A stretch of DNA of 64,000 nt from Octopus vulgaris (GCA_951406725.2 OX597816.1:82832001-82896000), one strand, 5' to 3'; shown: positions 15,026 through 29,685, counted from the stretch's first letter. Notes: generated by a model from the sequence alone, not told the origin. Numbers and translations: made by a program.

Positions 15026-17934
15026 CATAGCTTCCCAACGTGGGCGATTTCAACTTACAGGTGGGCGATGGGCGAATTTCTAGAAAATGTTGGGCGATTT
15101 GAGATTTTGGCGGGCGATATGAACATTTTGTGGGTGACAATGAATTTTTAAAAATTAAGTCTGCATTTACTGATATCTAGGCATGCCTACAATAAGGATG
15201 CACTCGCATGATACATCCCTTTGTATTAAAAACGCGAACTTGTTTATCGATCGAATATTTTTGTTGCAGTTATTGAGATGTAGCCAAATAGGCCTAGGCC
15301 TTAAATCACACTCCACTACAATTTTTTTTCTCAAGTCTCGCGTGTAGAATTCAAATTCGCAAAAAGTTCCTGAAAACTCCGAAAAATAAAAAAAGTTATG
15401 AGGGGTTATATGTCGTGCGTAATTCTGTGGCTTCATATCAAAACACAAGTGCTATTTTCAGGATGTTGACAAAATGTGCAGTCAGGCACAAAATGACAGC
15501 TTTGAAATCTTGTTTCTTGACTGGGTGAAAATGATCAAACTTTAAACTTCTATAACTTTTTTAAAACATTTTTTTCTGGGAAAAGTTGAATAGCTCCAGC
15601 AATTTAGCTTGGAAAGGTACATTAATGTGCCAAATTTTAAATTTTAGATAAACTTGAATTTTTGAAATGCTGGCAGCCAAACGAACTAGATCCCTATTTG
15701 CTCCAGTAAAGACGTGCCATCTGACTCTGCTCTATTGACTTCTTCTTCTCTTTGGGAATACCATACTGCTTTTCTGACGCCATCTGTAGAAATTCGTTTT
15801 CACATTTTCACGTTATTGATGCCTCCAGTTAAGTAAGTTTGTCGACAGTACAGTAGTCATTATTTATCGTTTGGATTTATTCCCTCTCCTCAGAACTGTT
15901 AGTTACCAATGTGCCTTCTTTGCCATCAGACATTGACCAACGAAGCAATGAAACCTTCACGCTTGAAGTATCACTTTGATGCAAAGCGTTCTGACAAGAA
16001 TGACAAGCCGTTATACTTTTTGCAACTGAGCTCCTCTTTCAAAAAGTAAATACAAAAATTCAGCACACTACTCCAGGAAACTAGTAAAAAGGAGAATGAC
16101 GGGTTGAATTGCCTTGTACAACATCGCATTGCTTGTTGCTTAGTCTGGGAAGTTTCACACAATTGGAGAAACATTAGTTCGCCCAGTTATCGAAGAAGTT
16201 TTGTCAACCGTTATGCACGAAAACCCGATGACATGAAGATTCCACTTAGTAATAACTCAATTTCTCGAAGCTTCGATGAAATGGTCAACAATGTCAAACA
16301 TCAGCTCAATATTCTCCAGCATTCTGAATTTTCTATACGAGTGAATAAGTCAACTGTTGTGGACAATCAATGTTTGATGATGGTATGTGTTCGGTATTTC
16401 AGCAAAATCTTGTGAGGAAATGCTGTTCACAGAGAAATTTCCACTTGATTCAAGAGGTGCAACTATTTTTCACACTCTCAAGTCTTTCCTTTTTGAACAT
16501 AATTTCACGTTTTAGAACATAATATCCTAAAACGTGAAATTACGCACCAGATACTAACTGTTCATTGCTTGGCACATCGGCAGCATTTAGTGGCAAAAAA
16601 TATGAACAGTTGGTTGAATAATGCGCTACTGTTAGTTATCAAGACTGGGAACAAATTGAAGTCCAGTCCCTTGTCTGATCGAATTTTCTTCCAACTCTGT
16701 CTGAGAAATGATGAGAATCATACCAAACTCTTATACCATACTGAAGTGCGGTGTCTGCCAAAAGAGAACTGTGTTTTACGCTTTGTTGAACTGTTTTATA
16801 TAATCATATCTTTCTTTGAAGATACTCCACTATCCGCTTCATTGATGGCTGCAAGGTACGATAGCTTTTTTCTTTGTAATATATTCACAAAATTATATAA
16901 GTTATTGCAAGGAAACAAAAAATTCCGCTGATTGTAAATCATTTATCACTACCTTCATTTTAAAATTGGTGTTGTATAAGACTAACATTTCAAAATGTCA
17001 ATTCCATCAATTTTCACAACTTGATTCTTTGAAAGATGAATTAGTTGATGAGGATTTAACTACATATCGCAACTATTTGCAATCATTGCATGATAACATG
17101 GTGGAGCGATTTCAAGATGTTATTGTGCTGAATATTCCAAATTGGTATAGCAATCCATGTGAGGTCGATGCAGTCGATTGCAAGGATGACATTCAGTAGG
17201 AATTGATAGAATTACAAAATGACAATGACGCCACAATGCGATATTGCCATAATGGCAAAGAAGGTTTGTAGTACCATCAGAGAATATTGAATTCTAACCC
17301 GAGTCTATGGAAACCTCTGAAATTACTTTTGCTTGCCTTCCCTACCTCATACCTGGTTCAGTCTGGTTTTTACCATGTTGGAACTTTGCTTTCCCATAAA
17401 AGAATTGGACTGGATGTGACACAACAATGTGACTTACGGCTAAAGTTGACAAGTTTGAAACTGAATGTATCTGCACTAGCTGCATTGCACCAGACACATG
17501 GTTTTCATTAAAAAGCTTTATTCTTTTCTGTTATAATACAATCATTAATTATTTTTGCATTGGTAGTTCTGATCAATGGTTCACTTAGGGAAAATGATAA
17601 TCAATGTAAAAGAAAGCGAAAGTTTTCAGAAGTTAATCTGTCTGAAAAATATAGATTTAAAGTTAGAATTTTCTTGACACTAATGGCAAAACTAAACCCA
17701 CAATAAGGTGTTTGTAAACAACTGCATATTTAGTACAAACGGCACTAACAGGGCAACGAGTCTACGATATAGTGTGTGTGTGTGTGTGTCAAATGATACG
17801 GAGGTGGGGTAGGGGATTTTGTGTTGGTGGGGGGAGGGGTCGAGGGTTTTTTTAAACACAGGTGGGCAATGGAGCATTTTTTGGCCGATAGGTGGGCGAT
17901 ATTGCAATTTGGCACGAAAAGTTCAGGAACACTG
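15026..17934 (+). mobile_element. hAT DNA transposon, Buster/Charlie type, full length, transposase pseudogenised
   Basis: Perfect 8-bp TSD gtttacac (15018-15025, 17935-17942) with central TA. Imperfect TIRs catagcttcccaac / gttcaggaacactg and subterminal gtgggcgat repeats. Transposase remnants: BED finger (MCLLCHQTLTNEAMKPSRLKYH), IPLSNNSISR, HCLAHRQHL, LLYHTEVRCL, FPTSYLVQSGF. Confidence 0.9.
15840..17511 (+). pseudogene. Buster-type hAT transposase (ZBED5/SCAND3-like family), frameshifted
   Basis: Motifs are spread over four broken ORFs (16104, 16569, 16966, 17287). Confidence 0.8.
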
Positions 17935-17942
17935 GTTTACAC

Positions 17943-18290
17943 GGAACATTTTCTGAGGCCATAGAGGCTATATATTGCATCACTGAAATTGTGCCTGTCA
18001 TGAATATTTGTATGCATCTGGATTTCTTGGAATTTTTCAATCCACCAAAGTCCAAGGGCAACTAAAGTCTCATTATGAGGGACTCGTCTCTGCTTTTTAA
18101 AATGTATGATTAGAGATTGTCTAAAGTTACTATGTGGCCCTTTTACATATCATTCAGGAGATTGGTGATTGTTCTAGAACTCACATCAAACTAGTCTTGA
18201 TGTGTTTTTTTTTAAATCTGATGATATCATCGGCAGCATCATCATGTGGAATTTAGAGTGGATCAGTCATCTGGGGTTGATATGTAATGT
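17943..18290 (-). mobile_element. Continuation of the decayed RTE on the other side of the hAT insertion
   Basis: HQD*FD motif (catcaagactagtttgat, ~18184-18201) typical of the RTE linker; contiguous with the left part once the hAT is removed. Confidence 0.55.
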
Positions 18291-18890
18291 CAAAATAAAT
18301 ACATGAAACATAATTTTACACTTTTTCGACAATAATTAACCATTGTGTGAAATAACGAAAAAACAGTAATGTAGTTTCTATTGTGTCATTCTATTTGCTA
18401 GAAATAGTAAGCAAAGCTTCTCAAATTACTAGTGTCTTAAAAGACGAACATATTGACTAATGTGGTTCTAGGCAGGGTTTAAATGAAAAAAAAAAAGGTC
18501 AGAATGGTTAAGACTGAGGTGCCTTTGATCAGCAATGACTACAGCAACAATAACAACTATAATAACTACAAAAACAGTATGTATAATGTGGTTGTGTCAA
18601 AAAAGAAGGAAGCTCCTGTTATATAGAGACTGCAAATTCATTTCCTCTAGCTGACAACTCAACACCCTTACAATAGGCATGAACATCACAATATCTCGAT
18701 TCCATTATATCCTTAAATCTTTGCACCTAATAAGCTAAAAACAATAATATTTTTCAACATGTAAATAGTAACATTTCTTCTTATTTTACCTTATTGTATA
18801 TATACGTATGTATGTATGTATGTATGTATGTATGTATGTATGTATGTATGTATGTATGTATGTATGTATGTATGTATGTATGTATGCATG

Positions 18891-18969
<79 letters not shown>

Positions 18970-19347
18970 TTATCATTTTTTTCTCTCATTAAATCTAATT
19001 AAATATTTGTCAATTGACTCTTATAACCAGGAACAAAATCTCACAAAAGCATTAAAACAAATTCAGAGATAAATCAAACTCAGATAAAAATAATAACCAG
19101 TTTCTAGTTTTACTTTATATATTTTTGATATGTTTTTTTTGTTTCTCATTTTGTTGTTGTCCTGGTTATTATTTCACTTTTCCTCAATTTCATATTAAAT
19201 TACAACATCCTTAGTGGTCTGTTTATATCACAGTTTCCTTAGTTGTGAGATCTTTTCCTTCCTTCACTTCACTCTTACTCCCTCTACACACATACATAGA
19301 CTTGCATGCATTCATTGTCACGTCTAAATGAGTATGCACACATTTAA

Positions 19348-19435
<88 letters not shown>

Positions 19436-19778
19436 TTACATATATATATTCATACACATGCACACATTTCTATACTCTTGAAAGTGTAAGTACACCCACA
19501 AAATATATAAAAAAATACTTGTTTACGTATTCACACACACACACACACACACAGAGATACACACACACACACAGATACACACACACAGAGATACACACAC
19601 ACAGAGATACACACACACACAGAGATATACACGCACACACAACACACTCACATTCCCCCCCACTAAACATATATAAAAACTTCCACACATGCACACATCT
19701 CCACGTCCACACACGTACATATACATCTATTTTGACATCTATACATACTTGTGTAGATAAAAGAGCACTCACTTTCTT

Positions 19779-19816
<38 letters not shown>

Positions 19817-20384
19817 TCTCTCTCATGCATGGTTACACACTTGCACATACACACTTGTACAGATAGGTATAAAAAAAAGGGCACATAACACATGTGAAGC
19901 CCTTCAAAATACAGAGACAAAGAAACTTCAGTTTCTTGTCACATTTAATTTGGAGGTCCCGGTACCAGAGAAATGCCATACCCAGTATAACCTGGAATGT
20001 TCTCATCAGAGCCACTCCTGGTTCACTTGCAGAGTGGGATTGTCGTCCTAATCTCTGCGAGGGACTGCACATATTGCAACAATTTACTGTATCTGTTTCA
20101 GGAATACTGAACTGTCATTATGCTACCACCAGCAGGGCTCTGTGTTAGCTAATTAATCCATTAACCAAAAATCGGTGACATATTCTTGGCTCCAAGTCAT
20201 ACAATCATCTACAGAGTCCTTTACAAGAAAACTGAACAAAATTTCATTGGAATTTATGACCATCACAAATCATCACAAAGCCATCACCATACTTCATAGT
20301 AGGAGCCAAACAATCAGGACTGAATACTTCTTTGAGTTGTCTCCAGGCACAAACTCACCCCGAAGTTGGAAAATGGGTGAATGG

Positions 20385-20605
20385 TATGAGGGAGTGCTGA
20401 AAAGCTACTGGCTTTAAGGGTTTTGCAAAAGGCCTGGCTGGAGGTCCAACCTTCCAAGTTCTTTTATAGGGCTTAGAAAAACTGAAGGACTGCTGCCATA
20501 AGTGTGTGAATCTGAGAGGAGAACATGTTGAATAAAATCACAATTAACTTATCCTCCTGTGTTTTCCTTTACACAAAGCCAAGAACTTTGCAACACCCCC
20601 TCGTA
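20385..20605 (+). mobile_element. Mariner-derived MITE
   Basis: TIRs tatgagggagtgctgaaaagctactggcttt / aaagccaagaactttgcaacaccccctcgta with TA ends; internal remnant of a mariner C-terminus. Confidence 0.75.
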
Positions 20606-21047
20606 ATTTATCAGAAAGAGATTACATTGTACCATTGAACCATAGTCGTTTAATAATTAGACGCCACTTTTTTCTGCCTGTCAATGTTGATCGGATGAGG
20701 AGAGATTTAGCAATTCTAACCCTCCCATGGTATCCAACTGTAGGGAGCTCATGATGAATAGTTTTGGTTGGCAAAGTGATGGTTTAACTTTACTGTAATA
20801 TTTTGATGGTCTTTAGACATAGTAAGTTTCACTATTCTGTAGTCACTCTCTATGAGCTTAGCCCCCTATACAAAAATATGCTTGTCTGAATGGATTCTAC
20901 CTTGGTATTAAAATGCCAACATGATTTTAGAGACTGAACCTCTTGAAACATTAAAAAAATTCAGTTGATTTAGTGACTGAAATTCCCTCCATCCGCGCTT
21001 CAACAATTGCCTTCTTGGGAAATTAGATAGGTCGAGCATATTAACTT

Positions 21048-21526
21048 ATCATCATCATCGTTTAATGTCCGCTTTCCATGCTAGCATGGGTTGAACGATT
21101 TGACTGAGGTCTAGCGAACCAGATGGCTGCACTAGACTCCAATCTGATTTGGCAGAGTTTCTACAGCTGGATGCACTTCCTAACGCCAACCACTCCGAGG
21201 GTGTAGTGGGTGATTTTACGTGCCACCGGCACGAGGGTCAGTCAGGCAGTACTGGCAACGGCCACGCTCAAATGGTGCTTTTTGTGTGCCACCTGCACAT
21301 GAGCCAGTCCAGTGGCACTGGCAACGACCTCGTACGAATGTTTTTTCCCCCCCATTCCACCAGCACAAGTGCTAGGAAGGCGACGCAGGTAACGATCACG
21401 CTCGAAAGGTGTTTTTAACGTGCCATCGGCACGGAGGCCAGCTTGTTGCTCTGGCAACGATCTCATTCGTATGGTATTCTTAGCGCTCCACTAGCACGGA
21501 GGCCAGTCATCGAATTTGATTTCGAT
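21048..21526 (-). mobile_element. RTE 3' UTR fragment
   Basis: catcatcatcgtttaatgtccgctttccatgctagcatgggttg...cttcctaacgccaaccactccgag matches the 3' end of the element at 37487. Confidence 0.85.
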
Positions 21527-22642
21527 CTAAATATAAATATCTGATAAAATGGAAAGAGAAAAACAGAGGGCTATATCATGAAGTACAAGATATATATAAT
21601 GCATATGAACACATACAAACTAGAACAATTCTGAATTCATCATATTAATAATAAAAGAATAGTTAAATAAAAAATGGTGTTTCCATTATTTTGTCCAACA
21701 CCTGTATTTTCTCAGTATTTTTCTTAGTGATAATTCTTTCCGGTCATATTGTTCGTGGACCTAAAAGGGAACTGTAATTCATGAATAATACTTTTTTCTA
21801 TAACTCAAGTACTACGCCATCGACTTTGCAAACATGAATATATGTACACACTATTTTCTACAACACAGAATCACTTCACTTCAGTTATGAATTTACATAA
21901 ATTATATTTTAATATGCTGTAATTTTAAATTTGTTACTTTTTCTATGCATGAACAAATATTCATTTTAAAAGTGTATTTTAGTACTCTTGTTAGAACCCA
22001 TACTATTTAACTACTTTGAATTCTAGTACCACTTGTACCAGAAGGAGTTTACACTTCTCGTGGCACGTGGAAAATAAAGGAAAATTTACCGCAGTTGATT
22101 GGGAAAAAATATAAGAATAAAGAGAGAGAAAGAGAGAGAGATAGAGAGAGAGGGAGGGAGAGATAGAGCTGGAGAGGAAGAGATGGGGTAGGAGATAAAG
22201 AAAAAAGGTATGCTCACTTGCTCAATTATTCATATTGCTAGGGCATCCCACTTTAAAATCTTTTGAGACATTCCAAAACATTCACGGTATTATTGCAGGT
22301 GACAGCAAGGCTGAGGAGCTAGATCAGCCAGGCACCTTCCCGAATATTATCTGCTATTTCAGAGAGGCAGGATGTTAACGAAGTCAGAAACCTCTTTGTC
22401 AATGATCTGGCACCTACCAACATCTCAAAAACCATTGGTTGAAAATATAATTTCCTTTATTTCATTCAGCTACGAATGAAGTAAATCTCATCACCATCGC
22501 AGCATGTGCGATGGATTAAATGAGCTGCTAACATAACATCCATAGACACCTGCCTGTAGCTCAAGTGTAAAGAATGAAAAACAGATACGTAAATTTATTG
22601 TTATCTCTACATAACTTTTTGTTTCAAAAGCTTTGATATCAT

Positions 22643-22676
<34 letters not shown>

Positions 22677-23065
22677 GTCCATCCGTCCATCCATCCATCT
22701 AGGCTGTGTAGACCTTGTTTTTTTGCCTGAAGGGTAACTGTTTGGAGGACTTGGGACATTGAATTTTTGCTGCATGTGGGATGTCAAAGGACGTGCCTAA
22801 AACGATAACTCAGTCACATGCCTATCTGTTTCATGTGCTGCCATAGATAACTGACGTAACACAGGCAGAGCTCTGACCTGTTGGAGGTAAACTCCGTTGC
22901 TGGAAATTGAATAATAAAAATGATATGTTAGATATTGAACTTTAGCAAAGTTTTGGATTTCTTTACTGTTCCGCTTACAAATTGGATTTGTAGAGTGCGT
23001 CTTGGCTACATACATTTCCTTTGCCTGAACATCTACGGTTTATGAGATTTTCATCTGCATCAATA

Positions 23066-23103
<38 letters not shown>

Positions 23104-23185
23104 TGTATGTATGTATGTATGTATGTATGTATGTATGTATGTATGTATGTATGTATGTATGTATGTATGTATGTATGTATGTATG

Positions 23186-23218
<33 letters not shown>

Positions 23219-23255
23219 ATATATATATGTATGTATATATATGTATATATATATG

Positions 23256-23356
<101 letters not shown>

Positions 23357-23771
23357 AGATAATGGTGTCATTGAGACCCAAAGGTGTCATGTAATGCTGA
23401 ATAAGTGCTATAGACAGACCATAGTTAAGTTCCAGATTCGGTAATATTGCGAATAAAGGGTTCAACCTTGGTTCTATGTCAGCGTGTGTATATATGAATT
23501 TTTTGTGTAATGAGATAAAAAAAACCCCAAAGGCTGTATAGATATTAGAGCATTTATAGATAAAAGGTCTTACAGGATATTATTACACATACACGCAGAG
23601 AGACACACATATTCACCTCATCCTAACCCCAAAATCATTGATGCTTGAAGGAAAGCCAAAAAAGAAAAAAACGGGTACATCTTTTTCAATTCTACATTTC
23701 TGCTAAAACGGACAGGTCAGTAAACAAGCTCGCCTTGAATTCATAATATTCTGTACTGACCCTGAGATGTA

Positions 23772-24059
23772 TAATATATTTGTTTTAATCTTTTCTGCCC
23801 ATTTTTTCAAATATTCTCATCATACTGTTGTACTTTCTTATGTCCTTAACATGTCCTTGTTACCAAAGACTGTATATATACATGTAATGTGGCAATTTGC
23901 AACAACCAATAATTAACGCAACCAAACTTCCAATAATATATTTGTTTTATTCTTTTCTGCCCATTTTTTCAAATATTCTCATCACACTGTTGTACTTCTT
24001 TATGTCCTTAACATGTCCCTGTTACCAAAGACTGTATATATACATGTAATGTGGCAATT
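23772..24059. repeat. ~126-bp direct duplication
   Basis: 23772-23897 and 23934-24059 are nearly identical. Confidence 0.9.
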
Positions 24060-24310
24060 ATGTAAAAAAAATTTTTGAATTCATAATATTCATAGTTACT
24101 TTTGACAATCTTTTTCCAAAGAGTGAAACCGGTTAAGCAAATAAACATCTTTTAAATTGCATTTTCAAACCTTCTTTCGTGTATAATTCCACTCGTGCGA
24201 TACCCCACAACTCAACTTTGTTATATATATATATATATATATTAGACAGAATGAGATAACAAATCCAAGGCTGTAAGTTCCAATAGCAGCTCATGTTTAG
24301 TCATCTATTT

Positions 24311-24380
24311 CCTGGACCATGGTTTCAGACTTTTTTTTAGCAAATAAAATAATTTACTAGGCAAAGTCTTCGTCAACAGG
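24311..24380 (-). ncRNA. Minimal hammerhead ribozyme motif
   Basis: Minus strand: cctg-UUGACGA-agacttt...aaagtct-GAAA-c(catg)g-UC-cagg; palindromic stem III accatggt. Confidence 0.7.
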
Positions 24381-25704
24381 TACACCAAGATTAAACATAT
24401 AAGTACGAGACTAATCCAGTATGTGCCTCTTGCTTATACATTTTAATTTTTTTCAAATCCACCGCGCAAGCGCAGTTTTTTGTTGGCGGCAAAAAAATAC
24501 TGGCAATTTCTTCGAACGATTTTCCAGAAATCATTATACATAATTAATAATATCAGGGTAATAAAGATTTTAGAAATTTTTACTACCAGTGGTCTAGCGT
24601 ATAGCTGCTGCATTCACTGCACATACCAGTAACGCCCCCTCCCCATACAGATATAATAAAGGAAGAAAGATCCTTCCCGGACCATAGTTCAGAAAGGCGG
24701 TTTCCCTCTGATTGGGACGTTGGTTCGATGTAGGATTACTAAATTTTGCCAACGGAGTGGACTTGGAGTAAGAACACCACGCATTGCCTGGTGCAGGAAT
24801 CAAAACCACAATCTTAAGATCATGAGTGCAACATTCTAACCACTAAGCTACACACTTCTACACACATATACATATAAAAAAAAAATACGAAAATTATGAG
24901 TTGAGGAGGTTTTGAAGGTACTGTAACAGCTATGGGTATTACTTCCCTTTCTCAAATTAACTAAAGAAAAGATAAGACCGCTAACGTGCCTTTCCTGTCA
25001 CTCGTTTCCTCTCTCTCAACATTGGTTGCTGTGTCAAGTGGGTGCCAACACCTAAATCTCTTGTCTTACTATTCTCTCTCTCTCTCACACACACACAAAC
25101 TTTCTCTCACTCTCACACACATTTTATCTCTCACATACATTCTCTCTCTCTCTTACACACACGCACACACACACACACTCTCTCTCTCTCTCTTACACAC
25201 ACATACAGGCATTTTCTCTCATACTTCCTCTTTCTCTCTCTCTCTCTCTCTCCACAGACAGACAGACACACAAACATTCTCTCTCTATTTCCCTTTCCTC
25301 CCAGCATATTTAAATCTAGACACCCTTTAACCATCATTCTCAACTAGACCCCGCCCGTCACCACATTATCATCCACAACACATCCACACCCAAATGTCCA
25401 GTCACACTACCCCTCCACACGTCAGCTCCACTTGCTGTAATAGCTTCCCACCCACCTACAGCATCAACTAGCAGACCATTAAAACATATAACTACCACCC
25501 ACATACCTCTGTCACTGCCCACACCACACCACACCACGCCCAAACGCATCGCACCGTCACTTCCATTCACCTCATCCCTGGCTGTAATCTCACCGACACC
25601 ATCTTCGCTCATATAGACTATTCAACACATCACCACCGTCTTATCACAGCCGATACCACCATCCCTATCTCCATCCATGTTAATACATACGCACACACAC
25701 ACAT

Positions 25705-25766
<62 letters not shown>

Positions 25767-25882
25767 GCACGCACGCACACACACACCAGCAAATTAAGGA
25801 CACAGTGGATATTGTAGTTCAAAAAACAGACAATGCTGAATATGGCTGGTAGGCCTTTGATCATAAGTTTGCTCCATTTGGG

Positions 25883-26049
25883 CACTAGCGCAGCTAGAGT
25901 GTGTGCCGCTCGGAGCGGCCCTTCCGTTTGCCGACCCCCCGGACCCCTCAACAAATTACATATTACCTACAGCAGATCCAAAAGTACCGCTCCTTTAAAA
26001 GTGCCGCCCAAGGCGGACCGCCCTTGCTCACCCCCTAGCTACTTTAGTG
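25883..26049. mobile_element. Small GC-rich MITE (hAT-like)
   Basis: Imperfect TIRs cactagcgcagctag / ctagctactttagtg. Confidence 0.4.
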
Positions 26050-26213
26050 CATCGAGGTTGACATGGGATCTTTATTTAGGTGTAACATTCATACGCACGC
26101 ACGCGCGTGCTCACACACATACATTACTTACACTGACATATCCATTAGTTTAAACGGAAGTGTGAGTGTAATTCAGAAGAAAGTACTCAATACTACAGTT
26201 AAGTGTAGTAATG

Positions 26214-26783
26214 TATTGGGTTGTCCGGAAAGTTCGTGCCGATTTATAGTAGCATACTTTTTGACTTATTTTAGAACATGGTTGAGTCCATAAAATAGGA
26301 TTTGACTACACCTCCATTTAGAGCACAGTTTAAGCTATCTTTTCGTGGAAGAAGGTTTATGTTCCTATAACCTGTGTTAATTCTGTAACCCTTTAAAACG
26401 GAAGATATGAAAGTTCATTTTCGGCACTTGATGCTTTGGGAACCAAGCAAAAATTGCTGCAGCTCGGCTGGGATGTGTTACCCCACCCTCTATATTCACC
26501 AGATATTGCTCCTTCGGATTTCCACTTATCCAGGTCTCTGCAGAATAGTCTTAATGGTAAAAATTTCAATTCCTTGGATGACGTAAAAAGATACCTTTAT
26601 GAATTCTTTGCCATGAAACCACCTCAATTCTAAGAAGAGAGTATTTTCAAGTTAAAGGAAAGATGCAGACGCATTGTGCAACAAAATGCTTGATATATAT
26701 TTGATTAAAAATGTAATGGCAAGTATTTATTGACCTTTTCCTTTCCTTTAAAAATCGGCACGAACTTTCTGGATAACCCAATA
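26214..26783 (+). mobile_element. Internally deleted mariner element
   Basis: TIRs tattgggttgtccggaaagttcgtgccgattt / aaatcggcacgaactttctggataacccaata; HPLYSPDIAPSDFHL motif. Confidence 0.9.
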
Positions 26784-26789
26784 TTTCGG

Positions 26790-27046
26790 CTGATCCAGAA
26801 ACCTGCCAGTCAGAAGCGTCGCGTCGCACGGGGAGGTAGGACCTCGATGAAATTTTGGGGCAGCTGCTGATCACGTATGTGATGTCTTCCATGGAAATTT
26901 ATTTTCAGTTACATCTTGGGTTCTCAAGGGTTCATTGTCTCTTGTTTGCAAGGTATTTCATAGTAATCTGCGATTGGATTGCAAATGTCCAGTCTTTGAA
27001 GTGTGATGTAGCGGTCGAGTGTGCAAGACAGGCTGTACTTCATGTT
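26790..27046 (-). mobile_element. RLE-type LINE fragment (CCHC region)
   Basis: EDITYVISSCPKISSRSYLPVRRD resembles E.I.HI.S.CP......Y..RHD. Confidence 0.55.
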
Positions 27047-27062
27047 GATATTACTGTCTCAT

Positions 27063-27660
27063 TAAGGCGGTGAGCTGGTAGAATCGTTAGCACGCCGGGC
27101 AAAATGCTTGGCGGTATTTCGTCTGTCGTTACGTTCTGAGTTCAAATTCCGCCGAGGTCGACTTTGCCTTTCATCCTTTCGGGGTCAATAAATTAAGTAC
27201 CAGTTACACACTGGGGTCGATGTAATCGACTTAATCCGTTTGTGTGTCCTTTCTGTGTTTAGCCCCTAGTGGGTAGTAAAAGAAATAGGTATTTCGCTCA
27301 TCGCTACATTTCGAGTTCAAATTCCACTGAGATCGACTTTGCCTTTCATCCTTTCGGAGGTCAATAAAAAAAAAAACTACGAGCTGCGTACTGGGCTCGA
27401 TCTAATCGACTGGTTCCCCTCCCCGCAAATTTCAGACCTTGTGCCTAAGGTAGAAAGGATATTACTGTCTCATCGAAGGCTCGAGTTGGCAGAATCTCAG
27501 TTCAAATTTCACCGAGGTCGACTTTGTCTTTCATCCTGTCGGGGATCATAAAAAAAAGAAAAAAACCAGTTAAGCACTGGGGTCGCTGATAATCTACTTA
27601 CCCTTTCCTCCGAAATTGCTGGCTTTGTGCCAAAATTTGAAATCGATATCATTGTCTCAT
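27063..27660 (+). mobile_element. Cluster of three family-B SINE units
   Basis: Repeated gagttcaaattcc.ccgaggtcgactttgcctttcatcctttcgggg core; a 16-bp flank occurs three times. Confidence 0.85.
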
Positions 27661-27790
27661 CTTGAAGTCTTCGGGAAACATACCCCTGCATAGTCTTCTT
27701 TTTGGTATGCTGTGCGTTTCATATTTATGTCTTCTTTAAGGTACGTTAGTTGGCAGTTTTGGGACTGTATGAGATGTATACATGCATGTA

Positions 27791-27853
<63 letters not shown>

Positions 27854-28360
27854 CAGAGATGATACATATAAATTCGACATGGGCGATTCTTTCTTGTCTT
27901 GGGATTCACGGTCAAACGGCTGGGTGGAATTGCGTGATAGATGAATAAGGAAGGAAGGGGTGATGTCATACTTTTGGTAGTGGGATGATGAAAATTGTAC
28001 GCTGAAAAAATAAATCAAACAGCGTTTCAACTCTGTGTGAATATATGTGTATGTAAAGGGTGGGGTATGTGAATGTGCATGTGTGCGTGTGTGTGCGTGC
28101 GTGCATGTGCGCGCGAAATGGAAGCGGGATGGTTCATCTTTGCTCGCTTAGTATTTGGGTTTATTTTTGGATTTGGTTGAATCTTGGTTGTTATTTTTGT
28201 TGGTCAGTTATTTTTAGCGTTTTGACAGAAAAAAGCCATCCTAAAATTGTTTTTTAACGTAAGTGGGCCCAAACAAGTCGAATGCTTACACAGAGTAGGT
28301 TTTACAGCCACATCATCCAAACCGATCAGGTGAAACCGGGCTTAACTGCTGGTACATATA

Positions 28361-28705
28361 TATAGGGTGTGGCAGAGAGGACGGACGTTTTTGAAAAATG
28401 CGCAAAATCATTGATTTTAGATGCAAACAAATTTCATTGATATCAATGTGTTTGTATTGAATTAGCATTTGTCAAAATCAAGTGTGGAAAAAAACATCCA
28501 TTATGTGGTATCCGTTTTCATTGATGCATTTCTGAAGGCGTTCTTGGAAGTTGGCCTCCGCTCTCTTCAGCATTGCTCTGTGCATAGTCCCATGGTTTAA
28601 ACTGTTGCCCAATGACCAATTTGTATGGGTGGAAATGCAGGTCTTCATACAAAATAAGCTTTACCGATCGATTACCGATGCCAAGTTCAGTGGAATGCCT
28701 CCGAG
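28361..28705 (-). mobile_element. Tc1/mariner-superfamily (maT/DD37D-like) fragment
   Basis: RHSTELGIGNRSVKLILYEDLHFHPYKL HTH-type motif; TIR-like tatagggtgt. Confidence 0.6.
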
Positions 28706-29047
28706 CAGTGGTTCTTAACCGGGATACGTATGGTCCCTGAGAGTCCATATAAAATTTCTGGGGGTCCACACAACAAAATAATAAATTCAGGATCAACAAT
28801 AGCATTTTAAGGAACCTCGAAAGAATTTTGCTGTAGATGTATGCATTGGTGATGTACTGCAAGAAAAGGGTTTCTTTCTCTAGCATTTTACATAGTTCAA
28901 CCCACACAAGTTAATGTGTGAAAAACAATGTAGGAATTTGAAAGAAGTTTCTATAAAACTGATTTTAAACATCGAATGGCTCATCAAAAATAAAATAGTA
29001 ACCAAATGGGTCCATAGATAAAAAAAAAAAATGGTTGAAAACCCCTG
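28706..29047. mobile_element. hAT/Charlie-like MITE
   Basis: Termini cagtggttcttaacc / ggttgaaaacccctg; no TSD recognisable. Confidence 0.6.
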
Positions 29048-29685
29048 GGTTAGGGTATTGGTCTCAAGATTGTGGTTTCGATTTCTGGACCGGGCCACGT
29101 ATCCAAAAATCAAGGGACTTAAAACACTTCATTTTACGTTGCTTCGATCCACTCCGCTGGAAAAAAGGAGTAATCCTGCGATAGACCGGTGTTCCTTCCA
29201 GAGGGGAATATATATACGCTACAGAAACCGGCTCTATGAGTATGTATAACCGAGAAGGAAGAAGGACCGTTATCCTTGATACGTTGTCTGAAAATACACT
29301 TATAAAGTCTAATTTGATGGGAATTTGGCTGCTATTTCGAGTGAGCATGTAGATACTCACTCGCTGGCTCATGTTATTTAACTGTAAGTGGGCTCTGGGC
29401 ATAGCATTCAAAACAATGACCATTTTAGTTTTCTAAAATAACGTGCAACGCATGTATTAACTATGGGACATAATTCACATATTATATGTAAGAGTCATTG
29501 TTCTTTATAGAAAAATAAGAATAATACAGACTAGGAGTAACTACGTATTACGTAAAATTTAGACATTACAAAAAAAAAAAAAAAAGTTAATGCATATATA
29601 TCTTAAATGGCTATAAGAACAAAAATATGATTTCATCTTTAAGATATTTTTATGAGAAACCAAAGAGTGCAGCATGGTTTCGGCA

